A program made the translations under genes and the position numbers. This document shows, one piece after another, positions 54,077-64,000 of a DNA stretch of 64,000 nucleotides (position 1 is its first letter; every line of letters starts with the position of its first letter). The notes beneath the pieces were generated by a model. That model did not search any database. It was not told where the DNA came from and worked only from the letters and a program-made list of their open reading frames with translations. The DNA lies in the NCBI GenBank assembly GCA_963693365.1, contig CAVNZM010000010.1, forward strand, positions 7,751,794-7,815,793, read 5' to 3'. This DNA is from Amoebidium appalachense. Taxonomy: Eukaryota > Protista > Ichthyosporea.

Positions 54077-54459
54077 ATGCCATTTGAGCTCTTCCTCCTG
54101 CTTCTCTTTTCATGTGCTGTGCCCCTGCACGCACACATGGAGGGGGCCAGGCATGATGTGGTGCAGCAACACGTGCAGGATCCCAGCGGTAAACACGTGG
54201 TGGTGCGGAACTTTCTGGCAATGGCTGGAGGCATGCCTGATTCGGTGACTGTAACTTTGGTAGGTTAAAAAATATATATTTTTCCAGCACACATTTCATG
54301 CACTCTCGATCAGGGAATGTAGACAAGGTGGCTTAGTGTCAGTTACGTGTGATGTTGTTTTAAATTCTGGCGCTATCCTCGTTTCGGGGGTAAAGACAAG
54401 GCAGGAGGTCTTGAAAGGGGACATGTTGAGAGATCATTTGGAATGGAGGGGGGGAGGGG

Positions 54460-54505
<46 letters not shown>

Positions 54506-54697
54506 GGATACTTCAGTTCGGGTACAGCTCCATTACGTCACCTTTTTTTTCCTTTATTTCTTTGGACCATAATAGCCTCTCCCACCCCCTCCCACCTCCC
54601 TCTCCTCCCCTTACCCCCCGCAAAGAACGAATTGAGAAATTTCATCCAGATGGCACGCATACCTATGCATTTTTCTCTGCACCGTGCCTTACCCCCC

Positions 54698-54736
<39 letters not shown>

Positions 54737-55451
54737 TGCCCCTCTTTCCCTTACACCATCCCACGCGTCTAGGCTTGTGTTTTCTTGCCCCGCCTTTCAT
54801 CACCTTTCCCTTGTTCAACTTGTGCCACGTCACCCGGCCTCCTCATCATTTATGCTGCCTTTCTTTTGTCTTCTGAGTATGCTGGAAAAAACAACAGTGC
54901 TTTTCTCACCCGTGACTGCAAGGAGCAGGGGGGTTGAGGGAGGGGGCTGGGGAGGGAGAAAGGCAGGAAGGGGCGTGGGGGAGGGGGGGGGGGGGGAAGA
55001 GGGGCTGGAGTGGCTAAGGCTTTTGGATTTCGTTCTTTTCTTTCTTTCCGCCTTTAGTTTTTCCATTTTGTGTTTTTGTATTTGGTTTTCGCCTTATTGC
55101 CTCCTCGTTATCATACTTTGTTTGTTTTTTTGTGTGTGTGTGTTTGGGGGGGGGGGGGGGGGGGGAGGGGGGGGGGGGGGGGGGCATGTGGGACAGGAAG
55201 GGGGGACGGGGCGGGGGAAGGGGGGGGAGGGGGGGGGAGGGTCAGGCAAGAAAGTACTGACCACTGGGCCCAAACCAATGTCCAGGGGAAAATGTGGTGT
55301 GAGTTCAACTACACAACGGCAGGGGGCACCGAGGAGGTATGCCTTATTCTCTTGATTAGCACCATGCACCCCCCACCCCACCCCCCTCCCCCGGGAGTCC
55401 CCCCCCCCCCCCCCCCCCCCTCCACCCTCTCCCTCCCCACCTCCCCCTCCC

Positions 55452-55484
<33 letters not shown>

Positions 55485-56730
55485 TTGGCCGTGCAGCCCC
55501 CTGGACCCCTCCTTCTTCCTCTCCCTGCTGCTTCGAAATCCTCTTTCCTCTTTCCTGCCGATATTTACATCAAAAATTTTCCAAAACAAAACATGCCCAC
55601 TTCACACCACCCATTATTTCTCTTCGAAAGGCATCTGCACGTATGCCCATGCAGAAAGACATGCGCTTCACGCCCAATCCTCACTGTGCCTCCTTCCCAC
55701 ACAGTGGCGCCCTCCACATTCATTGAAGAATCGCCAATCTCTGCTTATCCTTTAACCCCCCCCCCCCCCCCCCCCCCTCCAAAAAAACAAAAAAAAAAAC
55801 AAAAAAAAAAAACTATAAAAGAATGAAAAGGAAGAAAATACCAAAATACCAAATGGTGACTCCTGGTTCTGATTACATGTTACCCACTCCCTCCCTTCTT
55901 GTTACGTGCTCCTAAATAACAGAAGAATATGGGTCAGGATAGCCAAACGTGTTGGGAAGGGAAGGAGAAAGAAGAGGGAGAGAGGAGGGGGGAGAAGGGG
56001 ACGAGGTGGAGATAGGCTCTGGATAGAGCCATTATGACTGTACTTGGGCACAGGAATGGCTTATGTCTCTGGTGAGAGATGTCGACAGCCACACATACAC
56101 GTGCACCGTGGAAAGGTATGCTGGAACATTCCGTGCATACCACCTGCAGTTGTAATGTGCGATGGCATATTGTTTGCACCAGAACAATTGAGTTCGTGTT
56201 CTTTGTGCTTTTATTCAGGTTACCACAAAGCCCGGGAGGTAGAAAGGGGAAAAGGGGGGGGGGGGGGGGGGGGAGGACGGGAGAAGGGGGGGGGGGGGGG
56301 AGGGGGTGAAGGGGTTGATGGGGAGGTGGGGGGAGAGGGGAGGGGATGGGGGGAGGGGGGGGGGGGGGGGGATTGTACCAAAATCTATGGTGCAGGAGTG
56401 ACCCTATGCACTTCATTTGCAGTTGGAGACTTTATAACTTGCACACCAGGTGTTGTCACTGTGCAATGTGTGTGCCTTTGGGTGCGTGGGTGGGTTGGGT
56501 GGGTCTTTTTGGGGGGGGGGGGAAGGGGGCATAATGGGGATAATGGGGTTGGCGTTGGGGAACAGAGTGTGGGGAGGAGAGGAAGGCGGAGGTTGGGGTG
56601 ACAGGGTAGGGGCGGAGCCCAGGCACTTCGGTAGATCCTGTCGGACTCTTTTTCTTTTTTTTTTTTTTTACGACGGGGGGGGGGGGGGGGGGGGGGGGGG
56701 GAGGGGGGGAGGGAGGGGAGGGCGGGTGAA

Positions 56731-56763
<33 letters not shown>

Positions 56764-56997
56764 TCATCGGATTGGGTGTGATGTTGAGTGTTGGCAATCT
56801 GAAGGGGGAGGGGGGGGGGGGGGGGGGGGGCTTATTTGCAACCGGAGTGCTCGGTTATGTGATGGTTTCCACCGGCTCACTTTCTCGTGTTTTCCTCTAG
56901 CCACTCCCCTTCAAATTTCTGACTGGCAGCATGGAGTGATTAGAGTGCCTTTTTACGGTTTGTGTGTTTGGTGGAGGGGGGATGAAGAGGAAGGAGA

Positions 56998-57029
<32 letters not shown>

Positions 57030-59528
57030 AGAGGAGGGGGGGTGGGGGGGGGGGGGAAAGGCTGGCTGGCTGGATGGTGGTGGTTGGGGGGGGGGGGGGG
57101 GAAGGGGGGGGGGGGGGAGGGAAGGAGGGAGGGAGGGAGGTTCTGCCTTCATTATACTCTGCGTAGAGATGTGAGATGTTACCAGAATATTATCAACAGA
57201 AAGATAGAGATTGAAGTAGGGCACAAACCTTGGGGAAGGGGGGAGGGGGGGGGGGGGGGGGGGGGAGAGCGGTAAGGGGAGGTAGAGGAGGAAGGATGGA
57301 GGGGGGGAAGGGCCGGGGGGGGGGGGGAGGGGGGGGGGGGGGGTAAGAGGGCAAAGGTTATTTCACACCCTTACCTACAAAATGGAAAGGAGGACGTAGG
57401 ACGAGGTGGGATGTGTGTGAATGATCGGAGGGGAGGAGAGGGGGTGGCTGAAGGGGGGGGGGGGGGGGGGGGGAGGGGGGAGAGGCTGGGCGGGCTGGGA
57501 GGGGCTCTGAGCAGGAGGAGGGATTTTGATGCATTAGGATAACCGGAAATCGGTCCTCATGATGCGGTGCGTTAAGTGGGGAAGGCGAGGGTCACGAAAG
57601 TTGGGGGGAGGGGGGGGGGGGGGGGGGTATGAGGATGACATGCCAGCTATGGTGTGCTTCTCCAAATTTTTGCCTAAACCCTGAACTTACGAATTGTTTT
57701 GGGGGTGGCAGGGTGGAGCACGACTCGTATCTGTTTTTCAGCAATTTCTCTGCCACCCTCCCTCATCTGGCTTCAGTAGAGGCTCAGGTAAATCCCCCTC
57801 CCCTCCCCCCCCACTTCCCCCCCGGTGGCACCCCAATCACAACCACCGTGCCGAGATCTCCATATACCCCCCCGCCCTTCCCCTCCCCTCCCCCCCCTCC
57901 CCCCCCCCCCACACACAACACACACTTACACCTAGTACTTGAGACCTTACTTGCCCGTTGAAAGTCCCACCACCTCCCCGCCCCCCCTTCCCTTCTGGCT
58001 CCTCCCTCAGGTTTCCTGTTATTTGATATTGGTGGGTAACTGTGTTAACGTACACTTAGATGTAACCAGTGAGTCCATCCGATCTGGGCTTGTGTGTGTT
58101 GTGTCCATGTGTACAGTACACCACAGTGTCCGTAAAAAGGGAGGGAGAAGGGAAAGAGGTCAAGGAGATGGGAGCGAAAGAGGAAGGGGAAGCAAAAGAA
58201 GCAGGGAGATACGGGGGAGATGATATATAGGAGAGGCAGGGAGCCCGATGTTTTTTCTATTTTTTTTTATTTTTTTTTGGGAGGGGGGGAGGGGGGGAGG
58301 GGGGGGGAAGGGGGGGGGGGGGGGAGGGGGGGGGGGGGAGGGAGGGGAAGGGTCGAGGGGGTGGAAGGGGGGCGGGGATGGCGGAGGGTGGGCGGGTGGG
58401 GGGAGGGGGGAGGGAGTGGGAAAACACACAGGGGTTCGTGATATCCACATGTAGGCTCATGCAGAGTGGTAGAACGTTTTGTTTCTGATGGCCTGTGTCT
58501 GTGTGCGTAGTGATGTCCGCAGAGGTTGGTGTCTGTCAGAAAGGAATTGAAGGGAGGGGGGACGGGAGGAAGGGGGAGGGAGGGGAAGGAGAGGAGAGGG
58601 GGGGGAGAAGCCAAGGATAGAGGGGGGTTGGGGGCGGAGGGGGGGGGGGGGGGGGGGGAGGATGGGGGGAGAGGAAGAGATTATATGTGTATGTGTGATG
58701 TGTAGATCTCTGTTTGCACCACTAACCGTTACCTTACTTACATTACAACAAACAGGCATAGTGTTAAATGCATCCCTTTTAAGTTAGTAGTCACGCACTA
58801 ATAAGGCCACATACATGTGTTTGGCAGGACAACCACGGCAGGATGGAGGAGGACACTTACGAGGTATCGAGGGCTGACACTGTCGGCACAGGTATGGATG
58901 TACACGTTCATGCAGATGTGCACATGTCCCTTCAAAAGAAAATTATGCCCAACTCAGACGCTGCTTTCATTCTCGGAGTGGGCAAAATGGCTGCGCGATG
59001 CCATTCTTACTATTAGTGTTCTGGGTTTACAAGGGATAAAACGGCTTGGCCCGTTCAAAGATTATACATCGGGTTCCCTGCCAGTGGGTTTTCAGGCACG
59101 ACATGTGCTCAATGCAGACTTTCAGATCAATTTCCTTCGTGTGGAAAGCGTCAGCTGGGACACCATTTTGTTTTTTGGTGCTGCAGGCTGCAGCCCGAAG
59201 TGAAAAGAGTGATTTTGGATACTGAAATCGGCAAAAAGGATAATAGGGGAGAGAATCTGTGTTTGCACATGCATGTGGCTGACGGGGTGGGCATAAGATG
59301 GATCTCGAGGGGGGGGGGGGGGGGGGGGGGAGGGGGGGAATGTAAAGGGCGGATGGAAATGAATATAGGTGGGGGAGAGGGGGGAAGGGGGGGGGGGGGG
59401 GGGGGGATAAACAGTTTTCAATGTTATGCTTTCTGATGCGTGAATCCCTGACCAGAGTTTACCTTGTCTTTTCCTCGCTTCATTTCAAGTGACGCCTTTG
59501 GTGTTCTCTCTTTTCTTTGTTTTCCCCC

Positions 59529-59562
<34 letters not shown>

Positions 59563-59803
59563 CCCCCTCTCCTTCCCGCCGCCCCCTCCCCTCCGCCCCT
59601 CTCTCTCGCCCCCCCTCGCCCCCCCCTTCCCCGCCTTTTCTACAGTTTATTCCCGTCCCAAGTTTGCAGGAGGGCTCAAGTGTCTTGTGCTGAAAAGCAG
59701 CCCCTTCCACCCAAATCAGCACATGTACAGCGAAGGGGAGATCCAACCTGCAGTCACACCTCTGCCCACTGAGCCACACGCTCACCTTCATCGGGAGCTG
59801 TGA
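54077..59803 (+). CDS. MYDGF: Myeloid-derived growth factor (UPF0556/C19orf10) homolog, ER-lumenal
   Basis: Signal-peptide exon 54077-54259, then ~55250-55336 (WCEFNYTTAGGTEE), 56054-56115 (EWLMSLVRDVDSHTYTCTVER), 57712-57787 (DSYLFFSNFSA), 58828-58891 and 59670-59803 ending HREL. These match human CMFTYASQGGTNEQWQMSL...FTCTIWR...SYLYFTQF...RTEL as recalled. The exon 1/2 junction phase is unresolved. Confidence 0.85.
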
Positions 59804-60180
59804 TTATCACTACACCGTCTGTAAACTGAATAAAACACACCGCTACAGGTTTGGTTCAGGTATAATTTCAGGTCCTGCGGCTCCACCGGCTGAAATGTGC
59901 TTTCCTACTCGGCGCCTGACTTAAAGATTTGATTGTGTTATTGACGGTATTACTACTGTATCAGTCAAGGATGAGCCCTATTATTAGTAGATGGATTTGA
60001 GTTTAGTTCCGGGCCCACACAATGCTTTAGTTTGGATTTTGCTGTATAAAGCAACTAGGTGTCCGTGCAACATCTTCGAGCATGAAGAGTCCTTTTCGTG
60101 TTTGTGTGTGTGTGTGGTGTGTGTGTGTGTGTGTGTGTGAGTGGGTGGGTGGGTGGGTGGGTGGGTGGGTGAGTGGGTGT

Positions 60181-60211
<31 letters not shown>

Positions 60212-60221
60212 ACGGTGCATG

Positions 60222-60277
<56 letters not shown>

Positions 60278-60628
60278 GGTGGGTGGGTGGGTGGGTGGTT
60301 GTGTGCGTGGGCGTGGTTGGGTGGGTGGAAGGGTGGGTTGTGTATGTGTGTGTGTGCCACTGGGCCTGGGTGGGTGGGTGTGTTGGTGTAATATGTGTGT
60401 GTGTGTGTGTGTGTACAGTGTGTACATGTGTCAAGGTGTACACGCGCACGTGCACACATGTGTGTATATGGACAGCGAGTGCCGGTGTTGATGTGTGAGC
60501 ATTTTTTGTGTGCAAGAGAGGGAGGGGGGGGGGAGGGGGAGGGGATGGTATTGAAACTGCATGGGGCCCCAGCCATATACTCAAGACTTTCCGACTCGAC
60601 TCTCACAGTGCTTGGCGCCAGCTATTCT

Positions 60629-60680
<52 letters not shown>

Positions 60681-61273
60681 CCCCGCTCCTCCCCTCCCCG
60701 CTCCGGGCCTCATCCCATGGCCAGAGGTGGCACGAAACTTACGGCTTGTCTTACAGTAGTTATGATCATGTGACTAAGAGGCGAGGAGCTTGCTCCTGCA
60801 AGGTGAATATGTATCGATTGCAGGGCATACAGTAATGATTCAATGTGGTAACAACATCAGGTGTACGCACACAAGATAGTGGCAAGGGACACATATGCAC
60901 GACGTTGATAAAACGGCAAACACTAAAAATCATCCTGCGTGATCTCAGTCACGGGGTATGGCTATGCATGGTACCGTGGCTAAGGCCCGAGATACTTATG
61001 AAGTCCAAAAACCCACATATCTTTCGGATGCACGTCAATCAGCGACAAAATTAAGGGCCCTTAATAGAAAACCACAGCTTCCGGATCTGAAAGCTATCTC
61101 CAGCATGGCCAAGTTTGACAGTGTAGCTTGATCATGAACCGGTGTGGCTTTCTGAGAGCTGCAATATTTTTACACCCGTGCGAGTGAGCGCTGTGCAGCC
61201 TACAGATGATATAAACCTGTGATATTGTTTGTTCAATGTGTTCAGGCGCATCGATGTGCACGTGCAACTACAT

Positions 61274-61345
61274 TAAGGGGCGCGGCACCCCACGTTAGTG
61301 ACGTCACATTGGTGACGTCACTAACGCAGGGCGGCGCACCCCTTA
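61274..61345. other. 72-nt imperfect palindrome/hairpin with two TGACGTCA sites
   Basis: Perfect 15-bp arms CGTTAGTGACGTCAC / GTGACGTCACTAACG around ATTG; the outer arms run TAAGGGG...CCCCTTA. Confidence 0.9.
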
Positions 61346-61599
61346 GGATATGGTTGATATGCATATGGGATATGGCGATATGCAGTATGATATGGGTGTA
61401 TATTGTGATTAGGATATGGATATGAGTATGGATATGTACAGGAGCACGTGCACACACTGCGTGTGTGTGCATAAACACGTGCAGAGCACGTGGATTTAAT
61501 TAAAATATTAAAGGGAAAACGTGTCATGTGTGCGCGTGCACGCACGCGCACATGCGACACGTACACAGTTCTGAGATCAAAGGAATGCGACAGTGTGCA

Positions 61600-61803
61600 C
61601 AAGGCGGCCAATGAGAATTCGAATTCCGAATTCCTTGTACAAGGCGGCCAATAGTAATGCGGATGCACAAGGCAACCAATGATAATTCAGTTCCAAAAAG
61701 CCAGTTGCCGCACAAGGCGGCCAATCGGAGTTCAGGTTGGCACATTTTGGTTTAGGCGGCCAATAAGGACACAGAGATTAAGGATTTCGGTCCTCATTGG
61801 CCA
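61600..61803 (+). promoter_or_regulatory. Array of (C)AAGGCGGCCAAT CCAAT-box repeats upstream of the 61944 ORF
   Basis: Copies at 61600, 61640, 61668, 61713 and 61754, plus an inverted ATTGGCC at ~61797. Confidence 0.75.
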
Positions 61804-61943
61804 CAAGCGCACCCAGCATGTCGCCGCTGTGTACATAAGCATCCGCACACAGGCAACATCACACCAAGCAAACATGAGCCATACGTACACAGTTGAGGTG
61901 CACACCACAGTCACGTTCACCACACCCCCCAAACAACAGCAAA

Positions 61944-62858
61944 ATGGTCAAGCCAACCCTGCTGCGTCAAACGACTGGTCTGTCCACCGTCAAAAGGACC
62001 AGCATCGCCGCGGCAAGCAGTGGCAAAGAAAACACCAACAACAGTGAGGGGCCCAAGATGGTGCAGTACAAGGAGGTGTTCCTCAACGGTGTGGGCAAGG
62101 CCACCATGGGCGCACCCTGGGTGATGAACGACGTGTTGGCCGTGCAGCTGTACAACCTGCCCAACATCAACATCAACGGGCAGATGCTCATCGAGTTGGT
62201 CCCCAGCACGGTTGCCTGGGATGCCAAGCCCACCATTAGGGTCAAGTCGCAACGCCGCCCTGAGCCCTTTGAGGTGGCCTACGCCGTTGACCTGTGGCCC
62301 TACGTGTGCAGCATGGCCAGGGACGTGTTGTGGATGCACAAGGACCACGAGATGCTCAAGGGGGTGGACGTGGACACCGTGCCTGTCAAGACCAGCAGCA
62401 ACCTGTGGTCCAGGCACACCCCCAGCCTGTACGATGTGCTGGGTGCCGACCCCGTCGGCAAGGAGGACATGGTGGAGGCACTGGGCGGCACCTACTTCAA
62501 CGTGACGTTGGAGCTCCCCAACCCCCTTGGCCGCAACCCCTGCCTCTTCAAGCTGGGCAACAACGCTGCCTCCATCGACGAGTTTGTGGAGTTTATGAAC
62601 TCCCAACGTGCCAAGTGCCGTGAGGTGACTGCCTGGGTGTCTGCAGCTGCCACCAGCGTCATCTACAACAAGAAGAACAACACTGTGCGTACCAAGCTCG
62701 TTGCCCGCAAGGTTCAGGTGTTTGACTTAGATGGCCTGATGGAGCTGGTTGGTGGTGAGGGGGGCGAGGGGGAGGGGGGTGAGGTAGACTTGGGGGTGGC
62801 TAAGCGTGCAGGCACGCCCATGCCCGGTAATGACGATGCCAAAATGCTCAGAATGTAA
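61944..62858 (+). CDS. Intronless 304-aa protein, possible viral-type OB-fold ssDNA-binding protein
   Basis: Strong C/G third-position codon bias and AAAATG start context. C-terminal beta pattern VSAAATSVIYNKKNNTVRTKLVARKVQVFD followed by an acidic/Gly tail. Coding status is well supported; function is tentative. Confidence 0.75.
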   Translation: MVKPTLLRQTTGLSTVKRTSIAAASSGKENTNNSEGPKMVQYKEVFLNGVGKATMGAPWVMNDVLAVQLYNLPNININGQMLIELVPSTVAWDAKPTIRVKSQRRPEPFEVAYAVDLWPYVCSMARDVLWMHKDHEMLKGVDVDTVPVKTSSNLWSRHTPSLYDVLGADPVGKEDMVEALGGTYFNVTLELPNPLGRNPCLFKLGNNAASIDEFVEFMNSQRAKCREVTAWVSAAATSVIYNKKNNTVRTKLVARKVQVFDLDGLMELVGGEGGEGEGGEVDLGVAKRAGTPMPGNDDAKMLRM

Positions 62859-63099
62859 TGACACATGACTGTATATTGAGAACATATTTGTCTACGGGTG
62901 ATTGCCACGAAATAAACGGTCAAAAAACTTGTGTTTTTGGGGGAAAACGAACACTGTGAGCTACGTGACCGACTTGACTTGTGGCGCAATGAGAGGGAGT
63001 GTCAAAGACTTGCGCAAGTATGAGCCGATGAAATTTTGCGATTTTATCTCCAGGAATGCCCAGCATGTCGTTTTTTCTTCTCTTTCCCTGTCTTTCTCA

Positions 63100-63181
63100 A
63101 AAAAAAACTTGAAAATCCTTTTCAATCATCTCTTTTCGTAGAAAAAAGTCTTTTAAAGTTTTTGTTACCGTAGTAGACAAA

Positions 63182-63236
<55 letters not shown>

Positions 63237-63338
63237 CTCGTTTCCTTTCGTTAGTTTTGTGAAAAAACTTGAAAATCCTTTTCAATCATCTCTTTTCGTA
63301 GAAAAAAGTCTTTTAAAGTTTTTTGTTACTTAGACAAA

Positions 63339-63390
<52 letters not shown>
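63100..63390. repeat. Two tandem copies of a ~130-160-bp unit ending in (CA)n
   Basis: AAAAAACTTGAAAATCCTTTTCAATCATCTCTTTTCGTAGAAAAAAGTCTTTTAAAGTTTTTG at ~63101 and ~63262. Confidence 0.92.
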
Positions 63391-63392
<2 letters not shown>

Positions 63393-63412
63393 CTTAGGGT
63401 CAGAAAGCAATC

Positions 63413-64000
63413 ATGCCTCCTCGTCGTAGACAACCCACTTCTCGTTTCATGAGAAAGGCAAAAAGCCCAACCAAGTTTGACCAATTTTTGAACCTCTTTT
63501 GTGTTGCGTACGTGGCTGTTTTCAACGCAGCATACGAGTACATTCAGTACATCACAAAGGGTGATTGGGCCCAGCGCCCACGTTGTCCCAACCTGGTGGA
63601 GTGCTATCATAACTGGGCAGAGGCTGAGGAGACACTTATCGAGGCAAACGTTGCAGAGAAGGACGAGATTCTGGAACGTGAGCGTCTGATTAGTGCCATA
63701 CAGATTGGCGTTGTGTCATGGTCATTCTCGCAGAAGGAGGCCCTACCGGGGGTTCTAAACGAGGTTTTTCATACGGACGTGTTTAAGTGGGACTGCAAGG
63801 ACGGGGTGTGGTCGGTCGGCATCGCTGTGCCTGTGTATGACACCGGTATGGATGATGGTTATGGCGAGGCCGAGTCGATCTTTAATAACCGTGACGACAC
63901 GTTCACTTTCACCCGCAAGTGCTTCGATTTCATGCAGGGGGTGGTCAACATACTCGAACGGGCCGGGAAGTTAGATTTGATGCTACACCAACACGTCATC
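63413..64000 (+). CDS. Intronless ORF of unknown function, open to the window end (at least 196 codons)
   Basis: Hand translation without a stop: MPPRRRQPTSRFMRKAKSPTKFDQFLNLFCVAYVAVFNAAYEYIQY...RPRCPNLVECYHNW...VFKWDCKDGVWSVGIAVPVY... It is absent from the ORF track, presumably because it has no stop in the window. Confidence 0.75.
   Translation, partial: MPPRRRQPTSRFMRKAKSPTKFDQFLNLFCVAYVAVFNAAYEYIQYITKGDWAQRPRCPNLVECYHNWAEAEETLIEANVAEKDEILERERLISAIQIGVVSWSFSQKEALPGVLNEVFHTDVFKWDCKDGVWSVGIAVPVYDTGMDDGYGEAESIFNNRDDTFTFTRKCFDFMQGVVNILERAGKLDLMLHQHVI

Noticed and set aside
59118-59203. Alternative last exon for MYDGF (DFQINFLRVES...)
   Set aside because: The 59670-59803 exon fits better (LKCLVLK strand plus the HREL retention signal).
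61600-61803. Regularly spaced repeats as a CRISPR-like array
   Set aside because: Repeats are only ~12 bp with irregular spacing, contain CCAAT boxes, and there are no cas genes in this eukaryotic context.
61917-62606. 229-aa antisense ORF
   Set aside because: Shadow of the strongly codon-biased plus-strand ORF.

Overview
Eukaryotic genomic DNA with spliceosomal introns full of long poly-G/poly-C runs and (CA)n/(CT)n microsatellites. Most entries in the ORF track are artefacts of these tracts. The gene content suggests a unicellular opisthokont/holozoan, but that is inference only. Reconstructed by hand: (1) a defective, spliced DDE-type transposase gene with an embedded WRN-like DEDDy 3'-5' exonuclease (1.4-8.2 kb); (2) an intronless multi-pass membrane protein; (3) a 302-bp MITE with a 3-bp TSD; (4) a patatin/PNPLA lipase; (5) an 8.5-kb non-autonomous hAT-like composite element (20991-29477) bounded by TIRs and a perfect 8-bp TSD, containing a second copy of its own left end plus cargo genes, including an intact ORF for a putative mitochondrion-targeted coiled-coil protein; (6) a Ser/Thr kinase; (7) a bacterial-like acyl-CoA synthetase with four introns; (8) an ankyrin-repeat/SOCS-box protein divergent from (9) a MYDGF homolog ending in HREL; (10) a ~70-nt structured repeat in three dispersed copies; and (11) at the right end a distinct intronless module (long hairpin, GATATG iterons, AT tract, CCAAT array, an SSB-like ORF and a second ORF running off the window) that may be the edge of an endogenous viral or large mobile element. 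All family assignments come from motif recognition, not database searches.
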